Of a stretch of 64,000 nucleotides of DNA, positions 35,203 to 44,063 are shown piece after piece; positions within the stretch are counted from its first letter, which is position 1, and each line of letters begins with the position of its first letter. Below the pieces are notes generated by a model. That model was not told the DNA's origin, did no database searches, and saw nothing but the letters and a program-made list of their open reading frames with translations. A program made the position numbers and the translations under genes. This stretch comes from Alphaproteobacteria bacterium (lineage in GTDB: Bacteria; Pseudomonadota; Alphaproteobacteria; UBA828), in contig CBDEUT010000006.1 in the NCBI GenBank assembly GCA_965243375.1, forward strand, positions 64,131 through 128,130, written 5' to 3'.

Positions 35203-38200
35203 TCAGGACGCTTCCGGCTGCGCGATCGGCCAGCGCTCCGTGATGCGCTCCAGAGTCGCGTGGTCGGGCGCGAACAGGCGGGTGCGCCAGGTGACGATCT
35301 CGGCGACACACCCCATGCGCTTGAGCGTGTCGGTGTCGCCGTCCGTGGGGCCCTGGATCTCGATGCGGAAGGCGCCCATGGCGCGGCGCCGCGCGAGCTT
35401 CCAGCCGTTGGAAAGACGGAAGGAGGCGCCGCGTGCCATGATCTCGTCGTGCACCTCGGCGGCGGTGAGGCCGGGGCCGCCGTCGAGGCCGAGCGCGGCG
35501 CGGAACTCGCTGACCTCTGCGGGGCCGAGCACGCGGCCGACCAGGTGCTCGCCGTCGTCGGCGAGGAGACGGCGCACCCGCATGGTCTCGTCGGGCAGCC
35601 GGTCCCAGATCGGCAGCAGCAGGCCGCTGACCAGCCAGAAGCGGGATGCCCGGTGCGACGGCAGCCCCGCGATCTCGGCGTCCCAGAGGGCGCGCCATCG
35701 GTACTCGTCTGCGGCGCGCCACTGCGAGGCGTCCAGTGCCGCCCTGGCCACGGTCTCGCGGACTGCGGGGCGCACCAGGCGCACGCGCTCCTGCACGTCG
35801 CCGTCGTCGAGCGTGCGCGACGGCGCGTCCATAACCAGCGCCGCGCGGTTCGACTGGCCGTTGACCATGAGGAGCGGTGGGTCGCCGGAGGTCTGGGCGT
35901 GCAGGGCGAGGACGCCGTCGGCGCCGAGCGGCTCCAGCCGATCCTTGCGCGCGATCTCGACGATCTCGGTCTCGGCGCCGGAGCCCTCGTGCGTGAACAC
36001 GGTTTCGCGGGAGGCGACGGAGAGCGAGTCGGCAACGATGGTCTCGACGCCGCGCTCGAAGGTGCCGGCCTCGACGGCGATCTCGATATTGGCCTCGATG
36101 CGGGTCTCCAGCGCGCCGAAGAGCTGGTTCTGCTCGTCGATGGGAAGTGCCAGCAGCCGGTTGAGGAACTGCGGCATGGGCGGCAGGTCCTCCTTGAGGT
36201 TGCCCTCCCAGGTGAGCTTGAGCCCGGTGGCCTCCTCGAAGTCCTTGAGGGACCAGCCCTCGATGTGGCCGCGCCAAAGCGCGATGTAGAACTGGCGCAA
36301 CGCCGACTTGGCGTAGAGGCTTTCCAGGTTGTCGCTGGCCCTGAACAGCGCGGTGTCGTCGCCGCCCATGGCGGTCTGCGAATCGCGCTGACCGCGCGTG
36401 ATGGCGCCGAGCGAGTCCAGCCTCCGCGCGATGGTGGCGATGAACCTGCGCTCTCCCTTCACGTCGGTGGCGACGGGGCGGAACAGCGGCGCGGAGGCCT
36501 GGTGCGTGCGGTGGGTGCGGCCCAGCCCCTGGATCGCCTGGTCGGCCCGCCAGCCGGGCTCCAGCAGGTAGTGGGTGCGGCGCTCGGTGTTGGAACAGCC
36601 GAGATCGGCGTGGTAGCTGCGGCCGATGCCGCCCGCCATCGAGAACACCAGTATCTTCTTCTGGCCGTCCATGAAGGCGGCGGTCTCGGCGAGGTTGGCG
36701 GAAGCCGGCCGGGAGCGGAGCGCGAGGCGCTCGCCCTTCGCGTCGACGATCCTGAGCACGCGGCGCGAGCGGCCGGTGATCTCGGCCACGGCGTCGTGCC
36801 CGAAACGGTGAATGATCTGATCGAGCGCGGACTGTACCGGCGGCAGCGCGCCGAGCTTCTGGATCAGCGCGTCGCGCTTCGCCAGTGCCTCCTGGCACAG
36901 CACCGGGTTGTTGTGGGCATCGAAGACGGGGCGGGACATGAGGTTGCCGTCATCGTCCTCGAAAGGCTCCTGCAGCTGCACCGGGAAGGCGTGCTCCAGG
37001 AAGTCGAGCACGTACTCGCGGGGCGTCAGGTCGATGGAGAGATCGTCCCACTCGGACGCCGGGATCTCGGCGATGCGGCGTTCCATGAGTGCCTCGCCGG
37101 TGGAGACCAGCTGCACGACTGCTGAGCGCCCGGCATCGAGGTCCGCCTCGATGGCGCGGATCAGCGAGGGGCACTTCATCGAGGTCAGGAGGTGGCCGAA
37201 GAAGCGTTGCTTGGCGCCCTCGAAGGCGGAGAGCGCGGCGCCCTTGGCGTTCTTGTTGAGGGTCTTGTCGCCCTCCGTGATTCCGGTCGCCTTCAGCGCC
37301 TCCTGGATGTTCTGGTGGATGATCTTGAAGGCGCCCGCGTATGAGTCGTAGATGCGCCGCTGCTCCGGCGTGAGCGGGTGCTCCAGAATGTCCACCTCGA
37401 CCCCGTCGTAGGAGAGCGCCCGGGCCTGGTAGAGACCGAGGGCCTTGAGGTCGCGCGCCACCACCTCCATGGCTGCGACGCCGCCCGCCTCCATGGCGGC
37501 GACGAAGGCGGTGCGGGTCTCGAACGGGGTCTCGCCGGAGGCCCAGAGTCCGAGGCGGCGCGCGTAGGCGAGGCCGGGGACGGTGGTGGCGCCGGTGGCG
37601 GAGACGTAGAGGATGCGCGCATCGGGCAGCGCGTTCTGAAGCCGCAGCCCAGCGCGTCCCTGCTGCGACGGCTTGACCTCGCCACGCGAGCCCTTCGACC
37701 CCGCGGCGTTGGCCATGGCGTGGGCCTCGTCGAAGACGATGACGCCCTGGTATGCGTGGCGCTCGTGCTCACCGTCTCCGTCCGCGAGCCAGGCCACGAT
37801 CTGGTCGAGGCGCGACGGCTTGCCCTGCCGCGCGGGCGAGCGCAGCGTCGCATAGGTGGCGAACAGGATTCCCTGCGCATGGGGGATGCCGGCCCCCTGA
37901 CGCACCTTGCCGAGCGGAAACACGTCGTCCTCGCGCCCGCCGACGCCGCACCAGTCGCGGCGCGCGTCGTCCAGCAGCGTGTCGGACTGCGAGAGCCAGA
38001 GGGCACGCTTCCGGCCCCTCAGCCACTGGTCGAGGAGGATGGCAGCGACCTGCCGGCCCTTGCCGCAGCCCGTGCCGTCGCCCAGCATCCAGCCGCGCCG
38101 GAAGCGGACCGGAGCGGACAGCGGCTCGGCGGCGTCGACGTTTTTGCTCTCGTCGTCGGAGGCCGGAGCGGCTTCATCGTTGACGTCATCGCCGTCATCG

Positions 38201-39738
38201 CCGAGGCGCCGGATCGTCTCCCAGCCGGCGCCGATGCGGTACTCGGCGGCGAGATGGCGCTGGTGGGCCTGGCCGGCGAGGATGACGCTCTCGAGCTGGG
38301 CGTCGGACAGCAGGCCCTCGGTCACCACCTTCTCCGGCAGCATCGGACGGTATGACGGCATGGGGTGGGTGACCGCTGCCATGGCGCCCGACTGCACCAG
38401 CGGCGTCGGGTGCGGGGCGGTTCCCGGCACATGGAAGGTCGACGCCCGCCATCGCGTGTAGGGTCCGGAGGGTTGCGCGGCCCCAGCGGGACCGGCGCCG
38501 GACGGCACCGCCCGGTAGGCCAGCTCGGCGACCGGGCCCCAGTCGTGCTCGCCCGCGGGCGTCTCCTGCCGAGTGGTGCGGGTCCGCCTGGCCCGCCTGG
38601 GCCGGGGCGCGGGCGGCTGGCCGAACAGGTCCGCGCCCGGCACGGGCTCGACACTCGTGCCGGAGACGGGACGCCGCGCCGGCACGTTCGAGGTGACGAC
38701 CTGGAGGAGGTGGCCGGCGTCGCGCACGGGGTGCCCGGCGTAGACTTGGCCCGGCTTCTCGCCGCCCCGGTCGAGTACGGTGAGGCGGGTGTCGAAGCTG
38801 GTGCCGCGCCGCGCATAGGCGCGCCCGTCGATGGGCGCGGTGAAGGCGACCTGCGCGGGCGGGTCGAGGGACGCGAAGGCGTCCGCCCACGCGGTATCGC
38901 CGGGGACGCAGTGGGCCGAGGAGATGGTGACCAGGCGTCCACCCGGCGGCACCATCGAGAAGGCCGAGCGGATGTGATGCAGATCGGCGTGATGGCGAAT
39001 GCGCTCGACCCCGGGGCTCGCCGAGAACGGCGGGTTCATCAGGACCACGGTGGGGCGCAGCTCGGGCAGCCGGTCCCTGATCGATTCGGCGTTGTGACGG
39101 GTGACCGTGCTGCCCGGAAACAGGCGCGCGAGGAGGGCGGCGCGGATGGGGGCGATTTCGTTGAGATGCAGCGCGCCGGCATCGGCGTTGCCGAGCGCAA
39201 GCTGCGCCATCACCGCCAGCATCCCGGTGCCTGCCGAGGGTTCGAGCACCACGTCGCCGGGCCGGATCATGGCGGCCTGCAGCGCGGCATAGGCCATGGG
39301 CAGCGGTGTCGAGAATTGCTGATACCTGAGCTGCTGCTCGGAGCGCCTGGTCTGCGAGGGTTCGAGCGCCGCGAGGGTCTCCAGCATGCGCAGCATCGCG
39401 GCGGGGCCGCCCGTACCGGCGCCGGCCTCGCGGCGCATGGCGCGGCCGTAGCGCTGGAGGAAGAGCACCAGCGCCGCCTCGGCCGCCTCGTAGGCGTCCT
39501 TCCAGAGCCATGCGCCGTCCGCGTCGGAGGCGCCGAATGCCCCCGTCATCGCCTCGCGCAACGTGCGGGCATCGAGCGGCCGGCCGGATTCGAGGACCGG
39601 CAGCAGGGTGCGGGCGGCGGTCAGCAGCGCGGCGGGTGTGGAGGTGGGCTGCGGCGCTGAGGGTTCGGCGACCGATGGAGCGGAGACGGCGGCGGGCGCG
39701 CGCGCGGGTGCGGCCGGCGCCGGGTAGGCGTCGAGCAT
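35203..39738 (-). CDS. N6-adenine DNA methyltransferase fused to SNF2/strawberry-notch-like helicase (1511 aa)
   Basis: N-terminus has VLEPSAGTGMLAV (SAM motif I) and VVLMNPPFS (NPPF motif IV). Middle has GDGTGCGKGRQVAA (helicase motif I) and VIVFDEAHAMAN (DEAH). C-terminal helicase region has KILVFSMAGGIGRSYH. A long ORF of this kind is typical of conjugative-element anti-restriction genes. Confidence 0.8.
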   Translation of the reverse strand: MLDAYPAPAAPARAPAAVSAPSVAEPSAPQPTSTPAALLTAARTLLPVLESGRPLDARTLREAMTGAFGASDADGAWLWKDAYEAAEAALVLFLQRYGRAMRREAGAGTGGPAAMLRMLETLAALEPSQTRRSEQQLRYQQFSTPLPMAYAALQAAMIRPGDVVLEPSAGTGMLAVMAQLALGNADAGALHLNEIAPIRAALLARLFPGSTVTRHNAESIRDRLPELRPTVVLMNPPFSASPGVERIRHHADLHHIRSAFSMVPPGGRLVTISSAHCVPGDTAWADAFASLDPPAQVAFTAPIDGRAYARRGTSFDTRLTVLDRGGEKPGQVYAGHPVRDAGHLLQVVTSNVPARRPVSGTSVEPVPGADLFGQPPAPRPRRARRTRTTRQETPAGEHDWGPVAELAYRAVPSGAGPAGAAQPSGPYTRWRASTFHVPGTAPHPTPLVQSGAMAAVTHPMPSYRPMLPEKVVTEGLLSDAQLESVILAGQAHQRHLAAEYRIGAGWETIRRLGDDGDDVNDEAAPASDDESKNVDAAEPLSAPVRFRRGWMLGDGTGCGKGRQVAAILLDQWLRGRKRALWLSQSDTLLDDARRDWCGVGGREDDVFPLGKVRQGAGIPHAQGILFATYATLRSPARQGKPSRLDQIVAWLADGDGEHERHAYQGVIVFDEAHAMANAAGSKGSRGEVKPSQQGRAGLRLQNALPDARILYVSATGATTVPGLAYARRLGLWASGETPFETRTAFVAAMEAGGVAAMEVVARDLKALGLYQARALSYDGVEVDILEHPLTPEQRRIYDSYAGAFKIIHQNIQEALKATGITEGDKTLNKNAKGAALSAFEGAKQRFFGHLLTSMKCPSLIRAIEADLDAGRSAVVQLVSTGEALMERRIAEIPASEWDDLSIDLTPREYVLDFLEHAFPVQLQEPFEDDDGNLMSRPVFDAHNNPVLCQEALAKRDALIQKLGALPPVQSALDQIIHRFGHDAVAEITGRSRRVLRIVDAKGERLALRSRPASANLAETAAFMDGQKKILVFSMAGGIGRSYHADLGCSNTERRTHYLLEPGWRADQAIQGLGRTHRTHQASAPLFRPVATDVKGERRFIATIARRLDSLGAITRGQRDSQTAMGGDDTALFRASDNLESLYAKSALRQFYIALWRGHIEGWSLKDFEEATGLKLTWEGNLKEDLPPMPQFLNRLLALPIDEQNQLFGALETRIEANIEIAVEAGTFERGVETIVADSLSVASRETVFTHEGSGAETEIVEIARKDRLEPLGADGVLALHAQTSGDPPLLMVNGQSNRAALVMDAPSRTLDDGDVQERVRLVRPAVRETVARAALDASQWRAADEYRWRALWDAEIAGLPSHRASRFWLVSGLLLPIWDRLPDETMRVRRLLADDGEHLVGRVLGPAEVSEFRAALGLDGGPGLTAAEVHDEIMARGASFRLSNGWKLARRRAMGAFRIEIQGPTDGDTDTLKRMGCVAEIVTWRTRLFAPDHATLERITERWPIAQPEAS

Positions 39739-39997
39739 GGGGCAGGCTCCGATGACGAGGGTGCGGGAAGGGCCGCAGCGTCACGGCGCAGGGCACTGCC
39801 CCCCACGCCGCTCCGTCCGGCCTGCCCGACCGCTGCCACCCGTCCTCGTGGTGGCAAAGCGCGATGCGGCGGTCAGGCCGCGCGGCCGGTCAGAGGCGGG
39901 AATTCCGGTCCGGCCGGCGTCGGCTGGTTGGACTCGGGGTGGCGAGAGGCGCGGAGATGCGGGGAGGAGAAGACCGAGGCCGCCGGGCGGCCGGGGA

Positions 39998-40690
39998 TCA
40001 GGCCGGAGGGACGGGCTCGACGCAGCGCGGGTCGTCGTTGGCCGGCCGGTTGACCAGCGTGCTGACCGGATGGGCGGTCATGTCGTCCGCCGGATACGGT
40101 GCGAGCGGCACGTCCTCGCCTGCGAGCCAGGGGCCGTAGGCCTCCGGCGGTAGCATGACCGGCATGCGTCCGTGGACCGGCGTCACCGTCTCGTTGGCGG
40201 CGGTGGTGAGGATGGTGCAGGTCTCGACGGCATCACCGGGGCTGCGTTCGGCGAGCGAGCCGGTGAGGGCCGTATCCGCCGGCACCGTCCAGCCCTCCCA
40301 GAGGCCGGCGAAGGCGAAGGGCTCGCCGTCGCGGAGGCCGAACAGCCAGGGCTGGCGGGTCTTGCCCTTGCGCTTCCATTCGTAGAACCCGTCGGCCGGG
40401 ATCAGGCAGCGCCGGTGGCGGTAGGCCGAGCGGAAGGTGGGTTTTTCCGCCGCCGTCTCTGCCCGGGCGTTGATCAGCTTGTAGCCGATATTGGGCTCCC
40501 TGGCCCACGCGGGAATCAGCCCCCAGCGCAGCATGGCGAGGGTGCGTCCGTGACCGGCGGCACGCACGACGGCGACATCCTGGCTTGGTGCGACGTTGTA
40601 GCGGGGCCGCAGGTTGAGCGGCGTGCCGATGAGGTCCATCAGCTCGTGCAACTCCCGCCATGTCAAGCGTTGGGTGAATCTGCCGCACAT
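39998..40690 (-). CDS. SOS-response-associated peptidase (SRAP/YedK/HMCES family)
   Basis: MCGRF start (catalytic Cys2), ...YNVAPSQ...PADGFYEW motif set. Confidence 0.85.
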   Translation of the reverse strand: MCGRFTQRLTWRELHELMDLIGTPLNLRPRYNVAPSQDVAVVRAAGHGRTLAMLRWGLIPAWAREPNIGYKLINARAETAAEKPTFRSAYRHRRCLIPADGFYEWKRKGKTRQPWLFGLRDGEPFAFAGLWEGWTVPADTALTGSLAERSPGDAVETCTILTTAANETVTPVHGRMPVMLPPEAYGPWLAGEDVPLAPYPADDMTAHPVSTLVNRPANDDPRCVEPVPPA

Positions 40691-40763
40691 TCCGCGAACC
40701 TACCCGCAGCGGCGGCCGGCTGTCGCGTTGTTCTCTAAATGTTCCTGTGGCAGCATTCGCCGC

Positions 40764-41057
40764 ATGGACGAGAATTACGACGGCCCGGTCTCGCGGGGCG
40801 ACCTGCTGTTCACCGTCGAGATGGCGTTGCGCAAGGCGGAGCGCTTCTGGCCGAAGAAGCGCGTGCCTGGCGACCACGACCGGCTCAAGCCGGTGGCGCG
40901 GAGGGTGCTCGAACATCTGGAGCTCTGCGGCATACGCTGCTTTTCGAAGGCGCCGAGGCCGCCTCACATTACGCCCGACCCCTGGGGGGCGTCGGGACAG
41001 CGGAGCGACGACGAGCGCGCGGCGCCACCGGAGGTCAAAGGAGACCCTTCTGCCTGA
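40764..41057 (+). CDS. hypothetical protein
   Basis: 97-aa ORF on the opposite strand between the SRAP and RadC genes. No clear Shine-Dalgarno. Confidence 0.25.
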   Translation: MDENYDGPVSRGDLLFTVEMALRKAERFWPKKRVPGDHDRLKPVARRVLEHLELCGIRCFSKAPRPPHITPDPWGASGQRSDDERAAPPEVKGDPSA

Positions 41058-41778
41058 AGCTAAACGCGTCGCCCGGCGCGACGACGATGTGATCGTGGAG
41101 GTCGACGTCGATCGTCTTGAGGGCGTCGCGCAGCCGGTTGGTCATCTCGACGTCCGCTCTCGACGGGGTGGGATCGTTCGAGGGGTGGTTGTGCAGGACG
41201 AGGACGGCCGTTGCGCGAACCTCCAACGCGCGGACGCAGACCTGACGGGGATAGACCGGGGTGTGGTTGACCGTGCCGGTTTGCAGCAGCTCGTCGCGGA
41301 TCAGCCGGTTCTTGGTGTCGAGATACAACGCGTGGAATTCCTCGACGTCGCGGTGCGCCGCCAGCGTGCGGCAATAATCGACGATCTTGTCGTAGGTCGC
41401 GAGCTGCGGATGGAACGTCTCGGGCTGCGCTGCTCTCGCCATCGCGACACCCAGCGCCTCGGCGGTTTTGACGGCGGCGATGCCGGCCTCGGCCAGCCCG
41501 GCGACCGTGCGCAGCGTGTCGGTCCGCGCGGCGAGGACGCGGGCGGGCGAGCCGAAGGTGTCCAGCAGAACCCCAGCGAGTCTCTCGGCTTCGGCGGCGG
41601 AGTGCGATTCGGCGAGCAGGAGTTGTAGAAGCTCTCGGTCATCGACGGCCTCACGCCCGGCGCGGAGAAAGCGCGCGCGCAGTCCGTTCTGACCGGTGCC
41701 GGTGGAGTGCTGCGCGGAGGACGCGGGGAACGGCGCCACGTCGCGCAGGCCGGGGGCGGACGATTCGGAGAGGCTCAT
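41035..41778 (-). CDS. radC: RadC-like JAB/MPN domain protein
   Basis: ...VLVLHNHPSNDPTPSRADVEMTNRL... (JAMM-like HNHPSG motif), with an N-terminal helix-hairpin-helix region. Confidence 0.8.
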   Translation of the reverse strand: MSLSESSAPGLRDVAPFPASSAQHSTGTGQNGLRARFLRAGREAVDDRELLQLLLAESHSAAEAERLAGVLLDTFGSPARVLAARTDTLRTVAGLAEAGIAAVKTAEALGVAMARAAQPETFHPQLATYDKIVDYCRTLAAHRDVEEFHALYLDTKNRLIRDELLQTGTVNHTPVYPRQVCVRALEVRATAVLVLHNHPSNDPTPSRADVEMTNRLRDALKTIDVDLHDHIVVAPGDAFSFRQKGLL

Positions 41779-42119
41779 TGCCCGGCCCTCCGGAGTTTGG
41801 CCACCAGGGCATCGACCGTGTCCGGGCTGGCGTCGCAGGCCTCGCCCCAGCCACGCAGGTTGCGGTCGAAGTGCTCCAGCGAGCCCAGATGGGCGTTGAA
41901 CAGCGGATCGTCGCTGGTGGCGGCAAGGACCGAGTTGCCGGAGACGGCGATGGCGGTGATCGCCGGATCGGTCATCGGTTCCATGCCCAGCAGCCAGCAC
42001 AGGAACGCGGCGAACATCGGCGACAGGTTCTCGCCGCGGCGCGGGTCCATGGGGTGCCTGGAGGGCGGCGGTGCGGGCGGCATGTCGGGGATTGCGAGGG
42101 CGGCGCTCGAATGGGGCAT
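41775..42119 (-). CDS. hypothetical protein (overlaps radC start by 4 nt)
   Basis: 114-aa ORF translationally coupled to radC. Confidence 0.4.
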   Translation of the reverse strand: MPHSSAALAIPDMPPAPPPSRHPMDPRRGENLSPMFAAFLCWLLGMEPMTDPAITAIAVSGNSVLAATSDDPLFNAHLGSLEHFDRNLRGWGEACDASPDTVDALVAKLRRAGQ

Positions 42120-42386
42120 GGCACGGCTCCATGACGGGGAATGGAAACGCCCCGCCGGGGGCGGAGAGACCGCGGCGGGGCGTCGAGGAGAGCGGGAGGC
42201 GGCGCTGGAGGCCTCCAGGTTCCGCGCCGCTCGCCCGACCCGAGCGCCACCCCGCTCCTGGCGGCGCCGGAGAGGCCGGGGCGGGGAAGGCGTGATCGGT
42301 CGTCTTCGGCAAAGATGACGGTGATGACCGGCCCGCGGGCGTCGCCGGCGCCGCGCGCGACGATGCGGAAGTGCTTGCGGAGCGGG

Positions 42387-42620
42387 TTAGCGCAGGGCGC
42401 GGGCGAGATGGCCCGCGTAGACGCCGACGGCCCGCCAGTAGCAGGCCATGGGCGCCTTGTGGCGGCGCCACTGGAGCTCGGCGCGGTGCAGCGCGTCCTT
42501 GCGGAGGTCGAGGAGAGCGAGCCGCAGCGCCTCCCGGGTGGCGGGCGGCAGGGCGCGGAAGCGGCTGCGCCAGGCCTGCTTGACGTCCGCGTCGGCGCGG
42601 TGGATGGTGGAGTTCTGCAT
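42387..42620 (-). CDS. hypothetical small protein
   Basis: 77 aa from MQNSTIHRADADVKQAWRSRF... Confidence 0.3.
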   Translation of the reverse strand: MQNSTIHRADADVKQAWRSRFRALPPATREALRLALLDLRKDALHRAELQWRRHKAPMACYWRAVGVYAGHLARALR

Positions 42621-42637
42621 GGTGGCAGCGTGCCGGG

Positions 42638-43132
42638 TCAGCTGGTCCGTAATCGCGCCGCATCGAGGTGGTCGACGACGGCCCGGGCGAGGCTCTGGAT
42701 TTGCGGGAAGGTGCGCTCGGACTGGTCGTTCCACTCGATGACGGCTTCGAGATAGGGCTCGAAGGTGTCGTGGAACAGCAGGTGCCGGTGCAGGTTGCCG
42801 ACGTTCACGTAGACCATGCAGATCTGCTCGATCAGGTCGCCGAGGGAAGAGGGATCGCAGCCTGCGATGGCGCCGGTGTGGATCCGGATGGCGCCGGCGA
42901 GGCAGAAGCAGCGCTGGGCGTCGGGGGGCCGCATGCGGAGCGCCGGGGTGTGGCGCCTGCCGTTCTCGTCCTCGACGTGGAACCCGCCGTCGAAGGAGAG
43001 CCTGTAGCCGTCATCGTCGCGGCCCCAGCTTCCCTTGTGCCAGCGCTCGGGCGCGTCGAAGGTGTCCGCGACGCGGCGGGTGATTTCGAGGAGCTGCTCG
43101 GGCGAGAGGGTTTGCATGGGGGCTGTCTCCAA
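42638..43132 (-). CDS. hypothetical protein
   Basis: 159-164 aa (METAPMQTLSPEQLLEITRR...). Same strand as neighbouring genes, short intergenic gaps. Confidence 0.4.
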   Translation of the reverse strand: METAPMQTLSPEQLLEITRRVADTFDAPERWHKGSWGRDDDGYRLSFDGGFHVEDENGRRHTPALRMRPPDAQRCFCLAGAIRIHTGAIAGCDPSSLGDLIEQICMVYVNVGNLHRHLLFHDTFEPYLEAVIEWNDQSERTFPQIQSLARAVVDHLDAARLRTS

Positions 43133-43165
43133 GGCAGTGGCGGGGACGAAGAGCGCGGGGGGCGC

Positions 43166-43588
43166 TCAGTCGTCCTCGGGGAACATGATGGTGATGACGG
43201 GCCCGCCCCCGTCGCCGGCGCCGATCGCCACGATGGGGAAGTGCTTGCGGGGCGCGCGGTTGCTGTCGCGGAGGTCCTTGCGGACGTCGCGCACCAGCAC
43301 GCACATCCTCACACGGTCGCTGTCGGAGGCGCGGAGCGCGTAGTGGCGCGCCATCCAGAGGACGTCCCACAGGCGCCCGCGCTCGTCCTGGAAACCGCGG
43401 TAGCCCTGGGGCAGAGCGACGAGTCGGTCCCAGACCGCGCGCGTGACCGCGACGGGAATCTGAAAACCGGCTTCGCGCGCGGTTTCGGAGACGTCGACGA
43501 GGAAGCCGTCCTCGATCGCCTGGGCGCGGGTATAGACAGAGAGCACGGGACCGAATGCGGCGGCGTTGCCGGGATCAGGCTTGGGCAT
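43166..43588 (-). CDS. hypothetical protein; its last 80 bp are duplicated at 42303-42387
   Basis: 140 aa ending ...PIVAIGAGDGGGPVITIMFPEDD. Start overlaps the upstream gene. Confidence 0.45.
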   Translation of the reverse strand: MPKPDPGNAAAFGPVLSVYTRAQAIEDGFLVDVSETAREAGFQIPVAVTRAVWDRLVALPQGYRGFQDERGRLWDVLWMARHYALRASDSDRVRMCVLVRDVRKDLRDSNRAPRKHFPIVAIGAGDGGGPVITIMFPEDD

Positions 43589-44063
43589 GGTCGCCTCCTT
43601 CCCAACCCTCGACGCGAACGAGGGCCTTGCCGCCGCGAACCTCGATGTCGGGAGCTCCGTCGGGTCTCCGCCGGACGATGACCACCGGCTTGTTGCCGGG
43701 GGGTGGCGGCGGATCGCAAACCTCGGTGGTCACGGTCGCTGCGCGATCGGCGAAGCGGATGCGCACGGTGCCGCCTTTCACCTCGACACCCCCGGGCGGG
43801 CGTGGACCGGTCAGGGTGACGACCGGCGGCTCGCCCTTCTCGCTGAAGCGGGCGGGCACGGGCAGGCTGGTGTTGCTGTCCCACGGATCCTCGTCGCGGC
43901 CCATGCAACAGGAGTCGATAAATGTCGGTCCGCAATGGTCCACGCTCTTCCAGTTGGGATCCTGGTTGGCCGCCTCGATGGCCTTCTCGAGGGTCTCCGC
44001 TTCGAGGGAGACCGTATTTGCGTAGTACGCCGGATACCCGCACTGCACCGTGTAGGCGGTCAT
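43575..44063 (-). CDS. hypothetical protein (Cys-containing)
   Basis: 162 aa. 4-nt overlap with the upstream GHKL gene stop and 14-nt overlap with the downstream gene. Confidence 0.45.
   Translation of the reverse strand: MTAYTVQCGYPAYYANTVSLEAETLEKAIEAANQDPNWKSVDHCGPTFIDSCCMGRDEDPWDSNTSLPVPARFSEKGEPPVVTLTGPRPPGGVEVKGGTVRIRFADRAATVTTEVCDPPPPPGNKPVVIVRRRPDGAPDIEVRGGKALVRVEGWEGGDHAQA

Noticed and set aside
34790-37125. 702-aa (minus) and 765-aa (plus) ORFs overlapping the methyltransferase-helicase gene
   Set aside because: The 1511-aa frame carries methyltransferase and helicase motifs. The others are out-of-frame or antisense artefacts of high GC.
38195-39796. 533-aa minus-strand ORF in a different frame over the methyltransferase region
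   Set aside because: Same reason. The NPPF/SAM-motif frame is the real one.
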